This document shows positions 49,607 to 59,218 of a stretch of 64,000 bases of DNA, in pieces. This stretch comes from a virus. Its lineage: Duplodnaviria; Heunggongvirae; Uroviricota; Caudoviricetes. The translations under genes were made by a program, and so were the position numbers. Every line of letters begins with the position of its first letter. The stretch's first letter is position 1. The stretch lies in the IMG/VR virus record IMGVR_UViG_2693429637_000011; one strand, 5' to 3'. The notes under the pieces were generated by a model that was given only the letters and a program-made list of their open reading frames with translations, was not told the DNA's origin and made no database searches.

Positions 49607-49915
49607 ATGCGCATTTTTAAAAACGCCTGGTTTGAGCGATTTGCACGCAAAAACAAAATATCCGACCAGTCACTGCGCGAAATTGTTAAACAGGCTGATA
49701 ACGGGCTTATCTCAGCAAACCTGGGTAACGGCGTTATCAAGCAACGTCTGCCACGAGTCGGTGGCGGCAAATCTGGCGGTTATCGCACAATCATTTTCTA
49801 TCGCGTCGGCACAACGGCCTTTTTCGTATATGCATACGCAAAAAATGAACGTGAAAATATAACCGCTACTGAGGAAAGTGCATTTCGGAAGGGGCTCCTC
49901 ACGTACTCAATCTAA
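49607..49915 (+). CDS. higB: RelE/HigB-family toxin-like protein
   Basis: ~100 aa; ...RLPRVGGGKSGGYRTIIFYRVGTTAFFVYAYAKNERENIT; toxin-first order with HTH gene downstream. Confidence 0.6.
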   Translation: MRIFKNAWFERFARKNKISDQSLREIVKQADNGLISANLGNGVIKQRLPRVGGGKSGGYRTIIFYRVGTTAFFVYAYAKNERENITATEESAFRKGLLTYSI

Positions 49916-49969
49916 CAGATGAACAACTGGCACAACTGATTCTACAGGGTCAGTTTACGGAGGTACCCA

Positions 49970-50287
49970 ATGAGTAAAAATTACCGCAGTGATGCGCTTG
50001 CATCCGTACATGAAATGATGGAATCGCTTCATGATATCGGCGCAGTAACGAAACAGACTATGCGAGAATTCGATGAAACTTGTCTCCAGCCAGCGCCGGT
50101 AATGTCTCCGGAAAGGATCCGTGCACTGCGCGAACGAGAGCATCTGTCTCAACCTGTTTTTGCCAGATACCTCAACGTCAGTAAAAACCTGATATCAGAC
50201 TGGGAACGTGGTGTAAAACGGCCGGGAGGTGCCGCTCTTCGCCTTCTTTCAGTCGTAGAGAAAAACGGAATCCAGGTAATATCATGA
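49970..50287 (+). CDS. higA: HigA-like XRE-family HTH antitoxin
   Basis: 105 aa, C-terminal HTH (LSQPVFARYLNVSKNLISDWERG). Confidence 0.6.
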   Translation: MSKNYRSDALASVHEMMESLHDIGAVTKQTMREFDETCLQPAPVMSPERIRALREREHLSQPVFARYLNVSKNLISDWERGVKRPGGAALRLLSVVEKNGIQVIS

Positions 50288-50337
50288 TACTCCAATACAA
50301 CAAAACCCGCCGAAGCGGGTTTTCATTAGAAGCACCT

Positions 50338-50832
50338 TTAGTTTTGCTGTTCTATTTTAAGCTTGATAGTTTCATACAAAACAATAGTTGCGCCTGTTTT
50401 ACATAATTCCCGGCTGTCATACGCACGAGACCAATAACACAACCAGTTCTCGAGATCTTCTCGAGTATAGGTTTTGCAGGCCAGTCCCTCTGCCATTTCC
50501 ACGATTTCATCGCCTGGTGCTGTTAACTCATAGCCATTCAACAACAAGAAGACATAACCAGCCATCATAGCTGTTCGTTTGTTTGCATTAGCAAATGGAT
50601 GATTCTGAATCAGACTTTCAATCAATACTGATGCCAGTACAAACATGTCATTAGTCTGTTCATACCATCGAACCATGCTGGGACGAGACTGAGAAGAACT
50701 TAAATTATCAACACTCAGCACACTAACAGGTTCATCTGGTGTTTGAAGCTCAATTAAAAGGCGATTAATTTCGGTAAGATCATCAAACGAAAGGTAGTGC
50801 ACTCCTTCAACAATCTCAGCCATAGAGCACAA
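50338..50832 (-). CDS. Doc/Fic-family toxin-like protein
   Basis: HPFANANKRTAMMAGYVFLLLNGY matches the Doc motif. Confidence 0.65.
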   Translation of the reverse strand: MCSMAEIVEGVHYLSFDDLTEINRLLIELQTPDEPVSVLSVDNLSSSQSRPSMVRWYEQTNDMFVLASVLIESLIQNHPFANANKRTAMMAGYVFLLLNGYELTAPGDEIVEMAEGLACKTYTREDLENWLCYWSRAYDSRELCKTGATIVLYETIKLKIEQQN

Positions 50833-50841
50833 TACCCATCA

Positions 50842-51066
50842 TTACACTTTTGAAAGTTCTTCCATTGCCTTCTCGTAACGAGAAAAACCGAAATCGAAAG
50901 CATTTTTCACCTGCTCACGATGAGTGCAATTTTCATCGATAGCCGGGCGCGGAGCTGCCACAACGCTTTTATCGCGAGGGGGAATAGTCAATCGCGGGTG
51001 TTTTTTTAGTGCGTAGCTCATTGGGTGTACCCTTACTTCTCCGTCCTGTTCTTTAACAAAAATCAA
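50842..51066 (-). CDS. Candidate antitoxin for the Doc-like protein
   Basis: 74-aa ORF directly upstream, 10-bp gap; no recognisable Phd similarity. Confidence 0.35.
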   Translation of the reverse strand: MIFVKEQDGEVRVHPMSYALKKHPRLTIPPRDKSVVAAPRPAIDENCTHREQVKNAFDFGFSRYEKAMEELSKV

Positions 51067-51230
51067 GTCAATACAAAATTAGTCAGGCTAATGTTGTTAG
51101 CATAGCCTAATACCGATCGTATTCACAACCACAGTACGTGAAAAAACCCGCCGAAGCGGGTTAAGTGCGGGTGCGTTGAGGATGCCTGACACATCAGAGG
51201 TGGCGAGGGATTTCTCCCTCGCCTGGTCTC

Positions 51231-51386
51231 TTACTCCTCAGGTTCGTAAGCTGTGAAGACAGTGACCTCCGTCTGACCGGTTCGGATTCGTACCTCGCAG
51301 AGGTCTTTCCTCGTTACCAGTGCCGTCACAATGACGGTAATACAGATGACGATCAGGGCGACTAACATCGCCTTTTGCTGCTTCAT
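51231..51386 (-). CDS. hok: Hok/Gef-family type I toxin (within overlapping mok frame 51231..51443)
   Basis: MKQQKAMLVALIVICITVIVTALVTRKDLCEVRIRTGQTEVTVFTAYEPEE nearly identical to HokD-type toxins; RBS aaggag. Confidence 0.8.
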   Translation of the reverse strand: MKQQKAMLVALIVICITVIVTALVTRKDLCEVRIRTGQTEVTVFTAYEPEE

Positions 51387-51851
51387 AGCCTGCTTCTCCT
51401 TGCCTTTCGGCGCGTAAGAGGCTAACCTACATGTGTCTAGCATGAAATTGGCCTCAGATTAATGTTAGGCGTCTTGCAGGACGCGTAATGTTAACTGGGG
51501 CTTTTCTCTGTCTGCCTTACGGTGGCATGCCCGAGGCAGACAGCCTCAAGCACCCGCAGCAATTCTACTTAACTCTCGCTTTACCGCAAACCGTTTTTAC
51601 CCGATATGGGAATTCCCATATCGTAATGAATTCAGTTCCCTAGTCGATCCATCAAAAACACAACCAGGCAGTAAACGCCCACAACAGCAATAACAGCCAG
51701 CGCACCTTCCATTGCCAGTGATATATCATCCGACATATTCCCTCCTTTGGTGTTAATCCCGGCGAACGTTTTTACCCCCACCGACAAATAACATATACTA
51801 AAAAATCAATAGCTATAGCAACGCCTGTAATTGCAAAGGCTTCAAGCCAGA

Positions 51852-52436
51852 TCATTGGCGCACCTCCAGCGGCGGTTCTGGTAGCGGCATCCAGTCGGTT
51901 ACATTGCGGCTCGGTGTTTCGAAAAATTCATCACCATCACGGACTACATCAAAAAACTCACCGTCTCGATATTGCGCATAAAGAACGAATGCGCCATCAC
52001 ATAAAATAATTACGTGCTGACCGTCATCCGGCATTCGCTCACTACAGCTTATCCAACCATCCAGAGTTACCGGATGGTTGGTTGACGTTTCCGAGATTTC
52101 CCGAAAATTATTGGTTGACGAACCCTTCTTTTCCCGAAAGTTTCCAGCCTGAAGCATGGCGGCGCTGTCTGGCGGGGCAGCATATAGCGGCACGTATATT
52201 TCCGGTTCCTTATCAGCACCAGGTTGCTCTTCCAGTGAGAATGTCTTTCCGGTAAATCGATTCATATAAAGCACGGGCTCTGCTTCCAGCGAAGCCTGAG
52301 CAACAAGGGCCAGTGCTAAATCCAACTCAATTGCCTCGAGAGAATTTTTGAATGCTGTCTGTTTTACTGCAAATTTCATCGCCTTTACATTTTCACTAAC
52401 ATGACTGATTAACTGCTCTTTTGTAAAAGTGGTCAT
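51852..52436 (-). CDS. DUF551-family phage protein (second copy)
   Basis: Same N- and C-terminal motifs as 5519..6283 (MTTFTKEQLISH..., ...DWMPLPEPPLEVRQ). Confidence 0.5.
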   Translation of the reverse strand: MTTFTKEQLISHVSENVKAMKFAVKQTAFKNSLEAIELDLALALVAQASLEAEPVLYMNRFTGKTFSLEEQPGADKEPEIYVPLYAAPPDSAAMLQAGNFREKKGSSTNNFREISETSTNHPVTLDGWISCSERMPDDGQHVIILCDGAFVLYAQYRDGEFFDVVRDGDEFFETPSRNVTDWMPLPEPPLEVRQ

Positions 52437-52492
52437 CTCATTCTCCTTTGATGCGAATGCCAGCGACAATTGAAGCCTGATAGCTAATTTAC

Positions 52493-52810
52493 TCACAGTA
52501 CCGCCTCCTGAAAATTCCCCTGATAGAAAGCCAGCACGCGCTGCATAACTTCACTATTCCGGCACTCGCGACAGATTATGTTCAGGCGTCTATCGTAGCG
52601 GCGAATTTCTCCGTCTGGTAACTTTCGAATCAATGTCTGGTCAGTTGTTTTCTCCGGTGTCTTACGCCATACGCGATACACCTGTTCTGATGCAAAAACA
52701 CCGTATTTACCGGACATGTATAAATCGCCACAAGCCAGTACATCCACAAGGCAACGTCTGACTGAATGCCAGCCTGCTCCCGTCGCTCTCTCCAGTTGCG
52801 ATATCGTCAT
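52493..52810 (-). CDS. Hypothetical nin-region protein
   Basis: 105-aa ORF. Confidence 0.4.
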   Translation of the reverse strand: MTISQLERATGAGWHSVRRCLVDVLACGDLYMSGKYGVFASEQVYRVWRKTPEKTTDQTLIRKLPDGEIRRYDRRLNIICRECRNSEVMQRVLAFYQGNFQEAVL

Positions 52811-52904
52811 GCGTTCATTTTTTGCGTACCAATCCGATAATTCGTGCCTTCAGTTCTTCCCGCTGTTCGTGTGTAAAAGGTTTCGCCATAAGCGCCTCCG
52901 GCAA

Positions 52905-53675
52905 TCACTTTTCCGACACAATACGACCGGATGAATCGACAATCTGTCGAACAATATCCCGGTGCTTGTTCAGCTCCCGCAGCGCGGCGCAGACTCGCTC
53001 CCACTTCTGGACCTGTTTTTTGGCGCGACGAAGTTCTCGACTGGCAGCATGCAGCGATGGAAGCATCACCGAACTGGCAGATTTTTCGGTGAATGATGGA
53101 ACTTCTCGGATAAACTCATCTGTACTGGCCTTTGCCGTGCTCTCTGATGCCAACGGAAAACGATTCATTTCATCGCCTGCCACGCTGTTTTCTGCGTCAT
53201 GGTGTGATTGCTTATTCTGCGATGATAAAGCGCTCAAATCGCCGTTTTCGACATCAGGCATTTTGTAACGGAATTTTCCGTTGCTGATCTCGCGTACCAG
53301 GCGTCTCGTTGCTGTTACCACCGCCAACGTGGAAGCAACCTTACGAGTGCTGACACCGAACTTCCCCGCCAGTTCCTCACACGTTTTAGCCCCATCCTGA
53401 TCGATAAACTCAATCATCATGTCTGCGGTAACTTTTGGAGCGACCTCTTCGGTTACCACATCCGGCGCTTCAGGTTGTAGTGCCTGCCCTTCGGTTACCC
53501 CGGCTTCACCTTCGACAGCCAGAAACCAGGTGTGACCCGTTTTATCAACAACGCCATTTTTTTTGAGCTCCCACAGTTCGTTGAGAACTTCTTCACGGCT
53601 GATATCAAGCCGCGCCGCCAGTTCAACAGAATTGGCTTTTCCCATCGCTTTCAGTGCATGCAATACGGTTTCCAT
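52905..53675 (-). CDS. Hypothetical protein with winged-helix-like N-terminus
   Basis: 256-aa ORF downstream of DnaC-like gene. Confidence 0.4.
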   Translation of the reverse strand: METVLHALKAMGKANSVELAARLDISREEVLNELWELKKNGVVDKTGHTWFLAVEGEAGVTEGQALQPEAPDVVTEEVAPKVTADMMIEFIDQDGAKTCEELAGKFGVSTRKVASTLAVVTATRRLVREISNGKFRYKMPDVENGDLSALSSQNKQSHHDAENSVAGDEMNRFPLASESTAKASTDEFIREVPSFTEKSASSVMLPSLHAASRELRRAKKQVQKWERVCAALRELNKHRDIVRQIVDSSGRIVSEK

Positions 53676-53700
53676 CGAAAATTTACCTCGTCAAAAATTC

Positions 53701-54441
53701 TCACATACCCTGACGTCCAACGTTTGACCGCCAGCTCTCCCAGTTAAAATTCACCCAACGACCACCGTTCATGGTCATCCGGTCCATAATCCTCTCACCA
53801 AGAAGCGTGCTCATTGCGGCATGATTCAGGTTTGTCAGCATCCCGACACTGCGCAGTGATGCCGTCCGGCGGTCAACAATCTGGTGCAGTACCACCTGCT
53901 CGTTTTTCGTCTCACGCTGGATGCCAATTTCGTCAAGAACCAGGAGGTCCACTTCGCACAGTTCACGCAAAAATTTTTCTCCTGACAGTCCGTCGTCATA
54001 GCTGGCATGTAACGCGCTCATCACATCCGCCACGGTGACCACTATCACGGATTTACCGGCCTTCAGCAGACGATTACCCACAGCCGCCGCCAGATGATTT
54101 TTTCCGGTTCCCGGATTCCCGCTGAACACGAAGTTTGTATAACCGGTCATCAATTCATCGACAATGGATTTCGCCTGGCTCAGAGCATGGCGCTGACCGT
54201 CGTTCTGCACCCGGTAGTTCCCGAATGAGCACTTCCTGTGAAGCGGCTGGATGCCCGCACGGTTCAGGATTTTTTCAACCCGCGCCTGATGATTCAGGCG
54301 GTTAATTTCCTCGCTGCGCTTACGGCCCTCAGCCAGTTGCCATTTCCGCCATTCGTCGGTCGTCCGGAACGGTGCTGCCACGTGCGGTGGTGCCAGACGG
54401 CGCACCCGTTCAAGAATCCCTCCTGTCGAAATGTTTTTCAT
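53701..54441 (-). CDS. DnaC-like replicative helicase loader
   Basis: Walker A GNPGTGKNHLAAAVG and DEIG Walker B as in DnaC. Confidence 0.7.
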   Translation of the reverse strand: MKNISTGGILERVRRLAPPHVAAPFRTTDEWRKWQLAEGRKRSEEINRLNHQARVEKILNRAGIQPLHRKCSFGNYRVQNDGQRHALSQAKSIVDELMTGYTNFVFSGNPGTGKNHLAAAVGNRLLKAGKSVIVVTVADVMSALHASYDDGLSGEKFLRELCEVDLLVLDEIGIQRETKNEQVVLHQIVDRRTASLRSVGMLTNLNHAAMSTLLGERIMDRMTMNGGRWVNFNWESWRSNVGRQGM

Positions 54442-54447
54442 GGCTGA

Positions 54448-55530
54448 TTACCCCCTGAAACCCGGCGGAATTTCGGTGTCCGGTTCAGAAATGTGATTCA
54501 CGCAACGCAGGCTGACTGCGCCAGCCTTCGGCAGCGACCACGGATTTTCGAAATTCCTGTTCGGGCCAAAAAACGTCGATGCCTGCTGAACAAATTCAGT
54601 TCCCGCTTTCCCGGTAGCCTCCAGGTATCTTGCGTAACGCCTCACGCCATCCAGCACGACATCCGGTGACACCCCTTCGCGTAATCTGGCCCTCCAGGCA
54701 TTGAACGCGGATTTCTTCGGGTTTGACCCTGCCCGATGCGGATATTCACGCCAGACCCGTTCGAACACGTCAGGATAATCAACTCGTCCCGCAGACGGTC
54801 CCGGCATCGCCCGGGTTAACCCAATCGGCTTCCCGCTCATCGCGGAATCGGCTTCAGGCTGCTGCGGTTGGCGTTGTTGCTCCGGTTCGACGATCAGCAC
54901 CTGCTGCACACAACGCCCGGAATCTGCTTCCGGTGTCGTGCCATCTGGTCCTGGACGTTCAGTCAGAACAGGACAAAAATCCCCCTGTGGGTCCGTGGCG
55001 ATTTTTTCGCCATGGACCAGAAGGGTTTTATCCCTTTCCTGTTCCTGTTCCTGTTCCTGTTCTTGGCTTGAAAGGGGCTCTGAAGGGGCTTCAATTTTCC
55101 GACATGATTCACGTCTGACATCCAGGTGGAAATCATCCTTATATCTATCATAAAATGATGATAAAAAAGGATTTTCCAGCAACGCGGAATATTCATTTCT
55201 TACCCCAGCACAACGGTTATCGCCAGGTTTCAGCGATTCACCAACCTGCCATGCTGCCATTTCATGCACCCATACAACCTCAGAATCATGGTCATAGCTG
55301 CAAAAACCAGCCTCGCAAGCCATTTGAAGCCCCTTAGAAGCCCCTTCAGGAGCAAGTCCGGTTTCGTGAGCAATGTACAAAACAGGCAGGTAATAAAGGC
55401 CCAGCATATTGGAATGAGGCGAGGTCATCATATACAACGCCACTACCATACATTCCGGACCAGACTTCCTTAGTTTTCGCCCTGTATCGCCTAACCAGAA
55501 CTGAGGTGAAATTGTTGCGTAATTACGCAT
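54448..55530 (-). CDS. O-like replication initiation protein
   Basis: 360 aa upstream of DnaC-like gene; internal (ttcctg)4 tract encoding EQEQEQEQ; synteny cII-O-P. Confidence 0.5.
   Translation of the reverse strand: MRNYATISPQFWLGDTGRKLRKSGPECMVVALYMMTSPHSNMLGLYYLPVLYIAHETGLAPEGASKGLQMACEAGFCSYDHDSEVVWVHEMAAWQVGESLKPGDNRCAGVRNEYSALLENPFLSSFYDRYKDDFHLDVRRESCRKIEAPSEPLSSQEQEQEQEQERDKTLLVHGEKIATDPQGDFCPVLTERPGPDGTTPEADSGRCVQQVLIVEPEQQRQPQQPEADSAMSGKPIGLTRAMPGPSAGRVDYPDVFERVWREYPHRAGSNPKKSAFNAWRARLREGVSPDVVLDGVRRYARYLEATGKAGTEFVQQASTFFGPNRNFENPWSLPKAGAVSLRCVNHISEPDTEIPPGFRG
55026..55052. repeat. Hexanucleotide tandem repeat inside O-like gene (possible ori-associated)
   Basis: ttcctg repeated four times in tandem. 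Confidence 0.5.
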
Positions 55531-55550
55531 AGTCCCCTCGCATACAAGAT

Positions 55551-55740
55551 TTACTCCATACCGCAGACGGTCCCGGTATCTCCCGGGTTAACCCAATCGG
55601 CTTCAGGCTGCTGCGGTTGGTGTGACTGCACATTGGTGTGACTGCACATCTTCACAGACGGTCCCGGTATCTCCGGGTTAACCCAATCGGCTTCAGGCTG
55701 CTGCGGTTGGTGTTGTTGCTGGCGAAATTCTTCCAGATGT
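55551..55740. repeat. Two tandem ~45-bp direct repeats upstream of O-like gene that also match an internal O segment (~54780-54880)
   Basis: cagacggtcccggtatctcccgggttaacccaatcggcttcaggctgctgcggttggtgt occurs twice, and once with variation inside O. Confidence 0.55.
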
Positions 55741-55783
55741 GGCAGAATTATTCCCGTGTATTGCTCCATGCCCTGCCTGAATA

Positions 55784-56080
55784 TCAGATATTCATCAGGA
55801 TTTGCTCAGAACGTCCGGCCCCAACCGGACGTTTTTTATTTGCATGAACGTTAATGGCATGCTGGAAAGCCCGGCTGATCGGACTGATATCAGATGCCAT
55901 CTGGAACGCGCATAAAATCGCCGCGATGTATCGCCAGTCGGTACGACTGACCTTCGATTCATGGCAGCCAATCATCTTCGCCAGTCCCCTTTGCGTCAGA
56001 GCTGACAGGTTGATAAGTAAATCCGTTTCAGCGCGATCGATATCGCGCTGTGACAGTTTGCTGTAACTTGTTTGTGACAT
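55784..56080 (-). CDS. cII: CII-like transcriptional activator
   Basis: 98 aa; C-terminal ...KKRPVGAGRSEQILMNI resembles lambda CII. Confidence 0.65.
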   Translation of the reverse strand: MSQTSYSKLSQRDIDRAETDLLINLSALTQRGLAKMIGCHESKVSRTDWRYIAAILCAFQMASDISPISRAFQHAINVHANKKRPVGAGRSEQILMNI

Positions 56081-56196
56081 TTGTTAATTTTCCTATATTG
56101 ATATGGGGTTAAGCGGCAATCCCCAATGGGTTTGCCACTGATGTTTGCTCACCCTGTTAGAGGTGAACGACCAGCAATGTTAAAGAGCGGTGTTAC

Positions 56197-56421
56197 TTAT
56201 TCAGCCTGGTTCGGATGAGGAAACAGGTGCGGTAAGTCCGGGCGAATTTCGTAAGCCTTAACCTGACCATTGGTGGCATTAACGATAGCGAAAACTTTTT
56301 CAGGAGAAACTTTTCCGCCTCGCAACCATTTATGAACAGCGGGCTGTGATACGCCGCAATCAGCTGCAAGTCGTTTTTGACTGCCAACAATATTCAAGGC
56401 TCGCTGAATCACTAAATTCAT
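56197..56421 (-). CDS. cro: Cro-like HTH repressor
   Basis: 74 aa from ATG 56421 (RBS gagg); HTH QKRLAADCGVSQPAVHKW; divergent from cI. Confidence 0.6.
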   Translation of the reverse strand: MNLVIQRALNIVGSQKRLAADCGVSQPAVHKWLRGGKVSPEKVFAIVNATNGQVKAYEIRPDLPHLFPHPNQAE

Positions 56422-56531
56422 GAGCATACCTCTACAGCAAATAAAGCATAACCAAAAATAACATGAGTTATACACCAGGGCAATAACAATTGTTGTTTTA
56501 CTTTTGATAACCGTGGTTATAGATTACAGGT
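56422..56531. promoter_or_regulatory. OR operator/promoter region between cro and cI
   Basis: Palindrome ataaccgtggttat (56507-56520) matching OL palindrome ataacttaggttat; divergent genes flank. Confidence 0.5.
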
Positions 56532-57239
56532 ATGAAAACATTCGCAGAAAGACTAAATGCCGCCATGAGTTCAGCCGGGTTGTCACAAGCACAACTTGCA
56601 GACATGGTGGGGGTATCACAACCAGCCATACAAAAGATGTCATCTGGTAAAACAACCGGATCACGTAAAATGGTCGAATTAGCCAACGCGTTAAGAGTTC
56701 GCCCTGAATGGCTAAGCTCTGGTATAGGGTCAATGAGACCACAGAGCGCAGAAGAGCCATCTAATGCTCGGGAATCATCTTTAAAAGCTATCGCCTGGGA
56801 TGATCATCAAAATGATAATGAAGAATTTGTTGCGCTCCCCCTTCTAAATATTTCACTTTCAGCTGGCGGAGGAAGTTGTGCATTGGAGGAGTCCGCAGAA
56901 TTCTCTCTAGTTTTTAGGCGCTATTACCTGAAAAAAATGGGAGTTCCAGAAAAAGCGGCAAAGTTGGTCAGGGTTGTTGGGCAAAGCATGGAGCCAACAC
57001 TCCATGATGGTGATGTGGTGGGGGTAAACACGCAAGATACGAGCATCAGGGATGGTAAAACATATGCAATTTGCCAAGCTGATTTGTTAAGGGTAAAAAC
57101 GCTCATAGCCACGCCAACATCGGTAATTATCAGATCGATAAACCGCGAAGAGTATCCTGATGAAGTAATGAACAGAGAAGAATTCTACAAAAACGTAAGA
57201 ATCATAGGGCGAGTGTTCTGGTCATCACATAGCTGGTAA
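56532..57239 (+). CDS. cI: CI-like prophage repressor (HTH plus S24 LexA-like peptidase domain)
   Basis: N-terminal HTH; C-terminal ...VGQSMEPTLHDGDVV... and conserved Lys region. Confidence 0.85.
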   Translation: MKTFAERLNAAMSSAGLSQAQLADMVGVSQPAIQKMSSGKTTGSRKMVELANALRVRPEWLSSGIGSMRPQSAEEPSNARESSLKAIAWDDHQNDNEEFVALPLLNISLSAGGGSCALEESAEFSLVFRRYYLKKMGVPEKAAKLVRVVGQSMEPTLHDGDVVGVNTQDTSIRDGKTYAICQADLLRVKTLIATPTSVIIRSINREEYPDEVMNREEFYKNVRIIGRVFWSSHSW

Positions 57240-57392
57240 TCAGACTCCAACTGAACTTTTGCTATAAGAACACTCACGAAGAACGGCCTTTTATTGTGCT
57301 CAATACCACCGATGGTAAACCATTCGCCAAGTAGCCAATTCATAAAATGCCATTTCTAAATCCCCCCGGCTCCAGTGCCGGGTTTTATTTAC

Positions 57393-57659
57393 TTAATTAC
57401 ACAGTCGCATATCCTGAAGTAACACATCTATAGCTAACTTCACAGCGAGATCATCCAATTCATCATGGTGAAGCACTCGGATCATTCCCGCAATAGCATC
57501 TGCTGAAATAGCTTCCCCAGTAGCAATAACCTCAAGCAACGACACCCCTAGAATTTCGACTACCCGCTGGTGCAACACACCAAATTCCCCTTCGATTAAC
57601 ATGCAATCACCCATAACAATCAGCCTTTCCCCCTTGAAAATATCACGCGGATACCACAA
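57393..57659 (-). CDS. Hypothetical protein between cI and N, opposite strand
   Basis: 88-aa ORF; start abuts OL region. Confidence 0.3.
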   Translation of the reverse strand: MWYPRDIFKGERLIVMGDCMLIEGEFGVLHQRVVEILGVSLLEVIATGEAISADAIAGMIRVLHHDELDDLAVKLAIDVLLQDMRLCN

Positions 57660-57780
57660 AAAATAAAATATTTTTGTTATCAGTCATTTATAACGTTTTT
57701 CATAAAATGATAAATATAGTTATTGCACAACCAGATAACTTAGGTTATCTTCAATTCAACAGCAGGACGCTGGAAGCCAA
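57660..57780. promoter_or_regulatory. OL/pL operator-promoter region
   Basis: AT-rich; palindrome ataacttaggttat at 57735-57748. Confidence 0.45.
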
Positions 57781-57795
57781 ACGGAACAGATTGGC

Positions 57796-57837
57796 CGGCT
57801 CTTTAACATTGATGGACTCTCAACCTAACCGTTGAGA
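57796..57837 (+). promoter_or_regulatory. Candidate nutL (boxA-like plus boxB-like hairpin)
   Basis: cggctctttaaca then tctcaac-ctaacc-gttgaga hairpin upstream of N. Confidence 0.4.
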
Positions 57838-57947
57838 CCAAAATCTAAGTGGTTTTGGGGATGACGCGAATTTCAGTTGCAAGGCCGCGATCGAGAAGAA
57901 AAACACCTCGACGCGTCATACACCAAAGCCACTTAAAGGAGACCATC

Positions 57948-58253
57948 ATGGTAACCATAATCTGGAAAGAATCCAAAGGTACGGCAAAAAGCCGCTATAA
58001 AGCTCGCAGGGAAGAACTTATTGCAGAGCGGCGCAGTAGTGAAAGACTGACACGGAAGATTGCGCTAAAGATCTCTGGTTGCGTCGGAGCAGACAAAGCA
58101 GTATCACTCGGAAGCCTTCGCTGCAAGAAGGCAGAAGAAGTCGAGAGTAAACAGAACCGTATTTACTACCGCAAACCACGCAGTGAAATGGGTGTGACTT
58201 GCTCAGGCCGCCAGAAACAACGCGGAAAATCAATTCCGGCTTATTACGATTGA
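57948..58253 (+). CDS. N: N-like antitermination protein
   Basis: Arg-rich N-terminus (AKSRYKARREELIAERR); C-terminus ...GVTCSGRQKQRGKSIP resembles lambda N; RBS aaaggag. Confidence 0.7.
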   Translation: MVTIIWKESKGTAKSRYKARREELIAERRSSERLTRKIALKISGCVGADKAVSLGSLRCKKAEEVESKQNRIYYRKPRSEMGVTCSGRQKQRGKSIPAYYD

Positions 58254-58258
58254 GGTTA

Positions 58259-58543
58259 ATGATGAAGTTCAAATTGAACGATGAAGTTAAATGGTCAAGC
58301 TCATCAAACGGTGTAACGAAGGTAAAAATCGGGTTTATCGTCGAGGTGATTCCTCCTGGTGTCAACGTAAAAAAATTCGAACTAGGCCGTCTGCTAGATG
58401 CACCTGGCCTTCCGAGGAAAGAAGAGAGCTATATAGTTTGTGTAGGTTCAAGACCCGGATCTCGTGCCAAGCCAAAATATTACTGGCCGCGAGTTAATAA
58501 CCTGCGTCGATTACAACAAAAAACTTGCGCCCTTAAAACTTGA
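58259..58543 (+). CDS. Hypothetical early protein
   Basis: 94-aa ORF, RBS gagg, directly after N. Confidence 0.4.
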   Translation: MMKFKLNDEVKWSSSSNGVTKVKIGFIVEVIPPGVNVKKFELGRLLDAPGLPRKEESYIVCVGSRPGSRAKPKYYWPRVNNLRRLQQKTCALKT

Positions 58544-58680
58544 AATTCTTCAGGCCGCCGGAAAAATGCAGCTTAAACTGGACGAATTCATCGACTGTAT
58601 GGATGAAATGAATAAAGCAGTTCAGAAGCTTAAAGAGCTGACCGCCTGATATTAATAAATTGCAACTACCGGAGTTAACT

Positions 58681-59040
58681 ATGAATGAAACAGAACTGAA
58701 GCACATTATCGCCCTGCTTCTGGAAGATGCCAGACAGGTTTATCGACTTAGCCCAAATTCCGCAACGCAGGAACGCATCCGGATAGCGGAAACAGCACTG
58801 AAACAGGACAATGGAAACGGCATATCCAAATTTAGCGCCGCCAGTGAAAATGAAGTAATAGAAATAAACAGCAATATCAGCGACAGTTGCGTCGCTTACA
58901 GCCACCAAATAATTCGTGTAAGTGCAAGAATAATGGAAGTGATGGCAAGTGAGCTTGAAAAGAACAACATCAAGCCCACTGATTGTTGTTTAAGAACCGT
59001 AATGAACGTTATTTATTACTCGATGTTCCGAAGTCGCTAA
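58681..59040 (+). CDS. Hypothetical early protein
   Basis: ATG after RBS ggag; 119 aa. Confidence 0.4.
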   Translation: MNETELKHIIALLLEDARQVYRLSPNSATQERIRIAETALKQDNGNGISKFSAASENEVIEINSNISDSCVAYSHQIIRVSARIMEVMASELEKNNIKPTDCCLRTVMNVIYYSMFRSR

Positions 59041-59218
59041 CAGCGTCGAGTTTTTCATTAAAAAATGATTCAAATGCATCGTAAAATACGGCAATAGCAC
59101 CGCCCTTATCTACCGCGGCAGGAACTGCCTTTTGAGGTATATCTTTCTCCGTAAATTGTGTGTTGTAAGTATCGACAGCCAGCCGCATCAGAAACATCAC
59201 TTTTTCTTCTTGTGTCAT
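59009..59218 (-). CDS. Hypothetical protein on opposite strand within pL operon
   Basis: 69-aa ORF convergent with 58681..59040 (32-bp overlap). Confidence 0.3.
   Translation of the reverse strand: MTQEEKVMFLMRLAVDTYNTQFTEKDIPQKAVPAAVDKGGAIAVFYDAFESFFNEKLDAVSDFGTSSNK

Noticed and set aside
55020-55060. Short tandem hexamer repeats as a possible CRISPR array
   Set aside because: 6-bp units with no spacers, inside a coding region; likewise the IS21-end repeats at 42540-42700 are transposase-binding terminal repeats
58464-58649. 61-aa ORF overlapping the end of gene 58259..58543 in another frame
   Set aside because: Only a 27-aa tail from ATG 58566 would be non-overlapping, with a weak RBS; left uncalled
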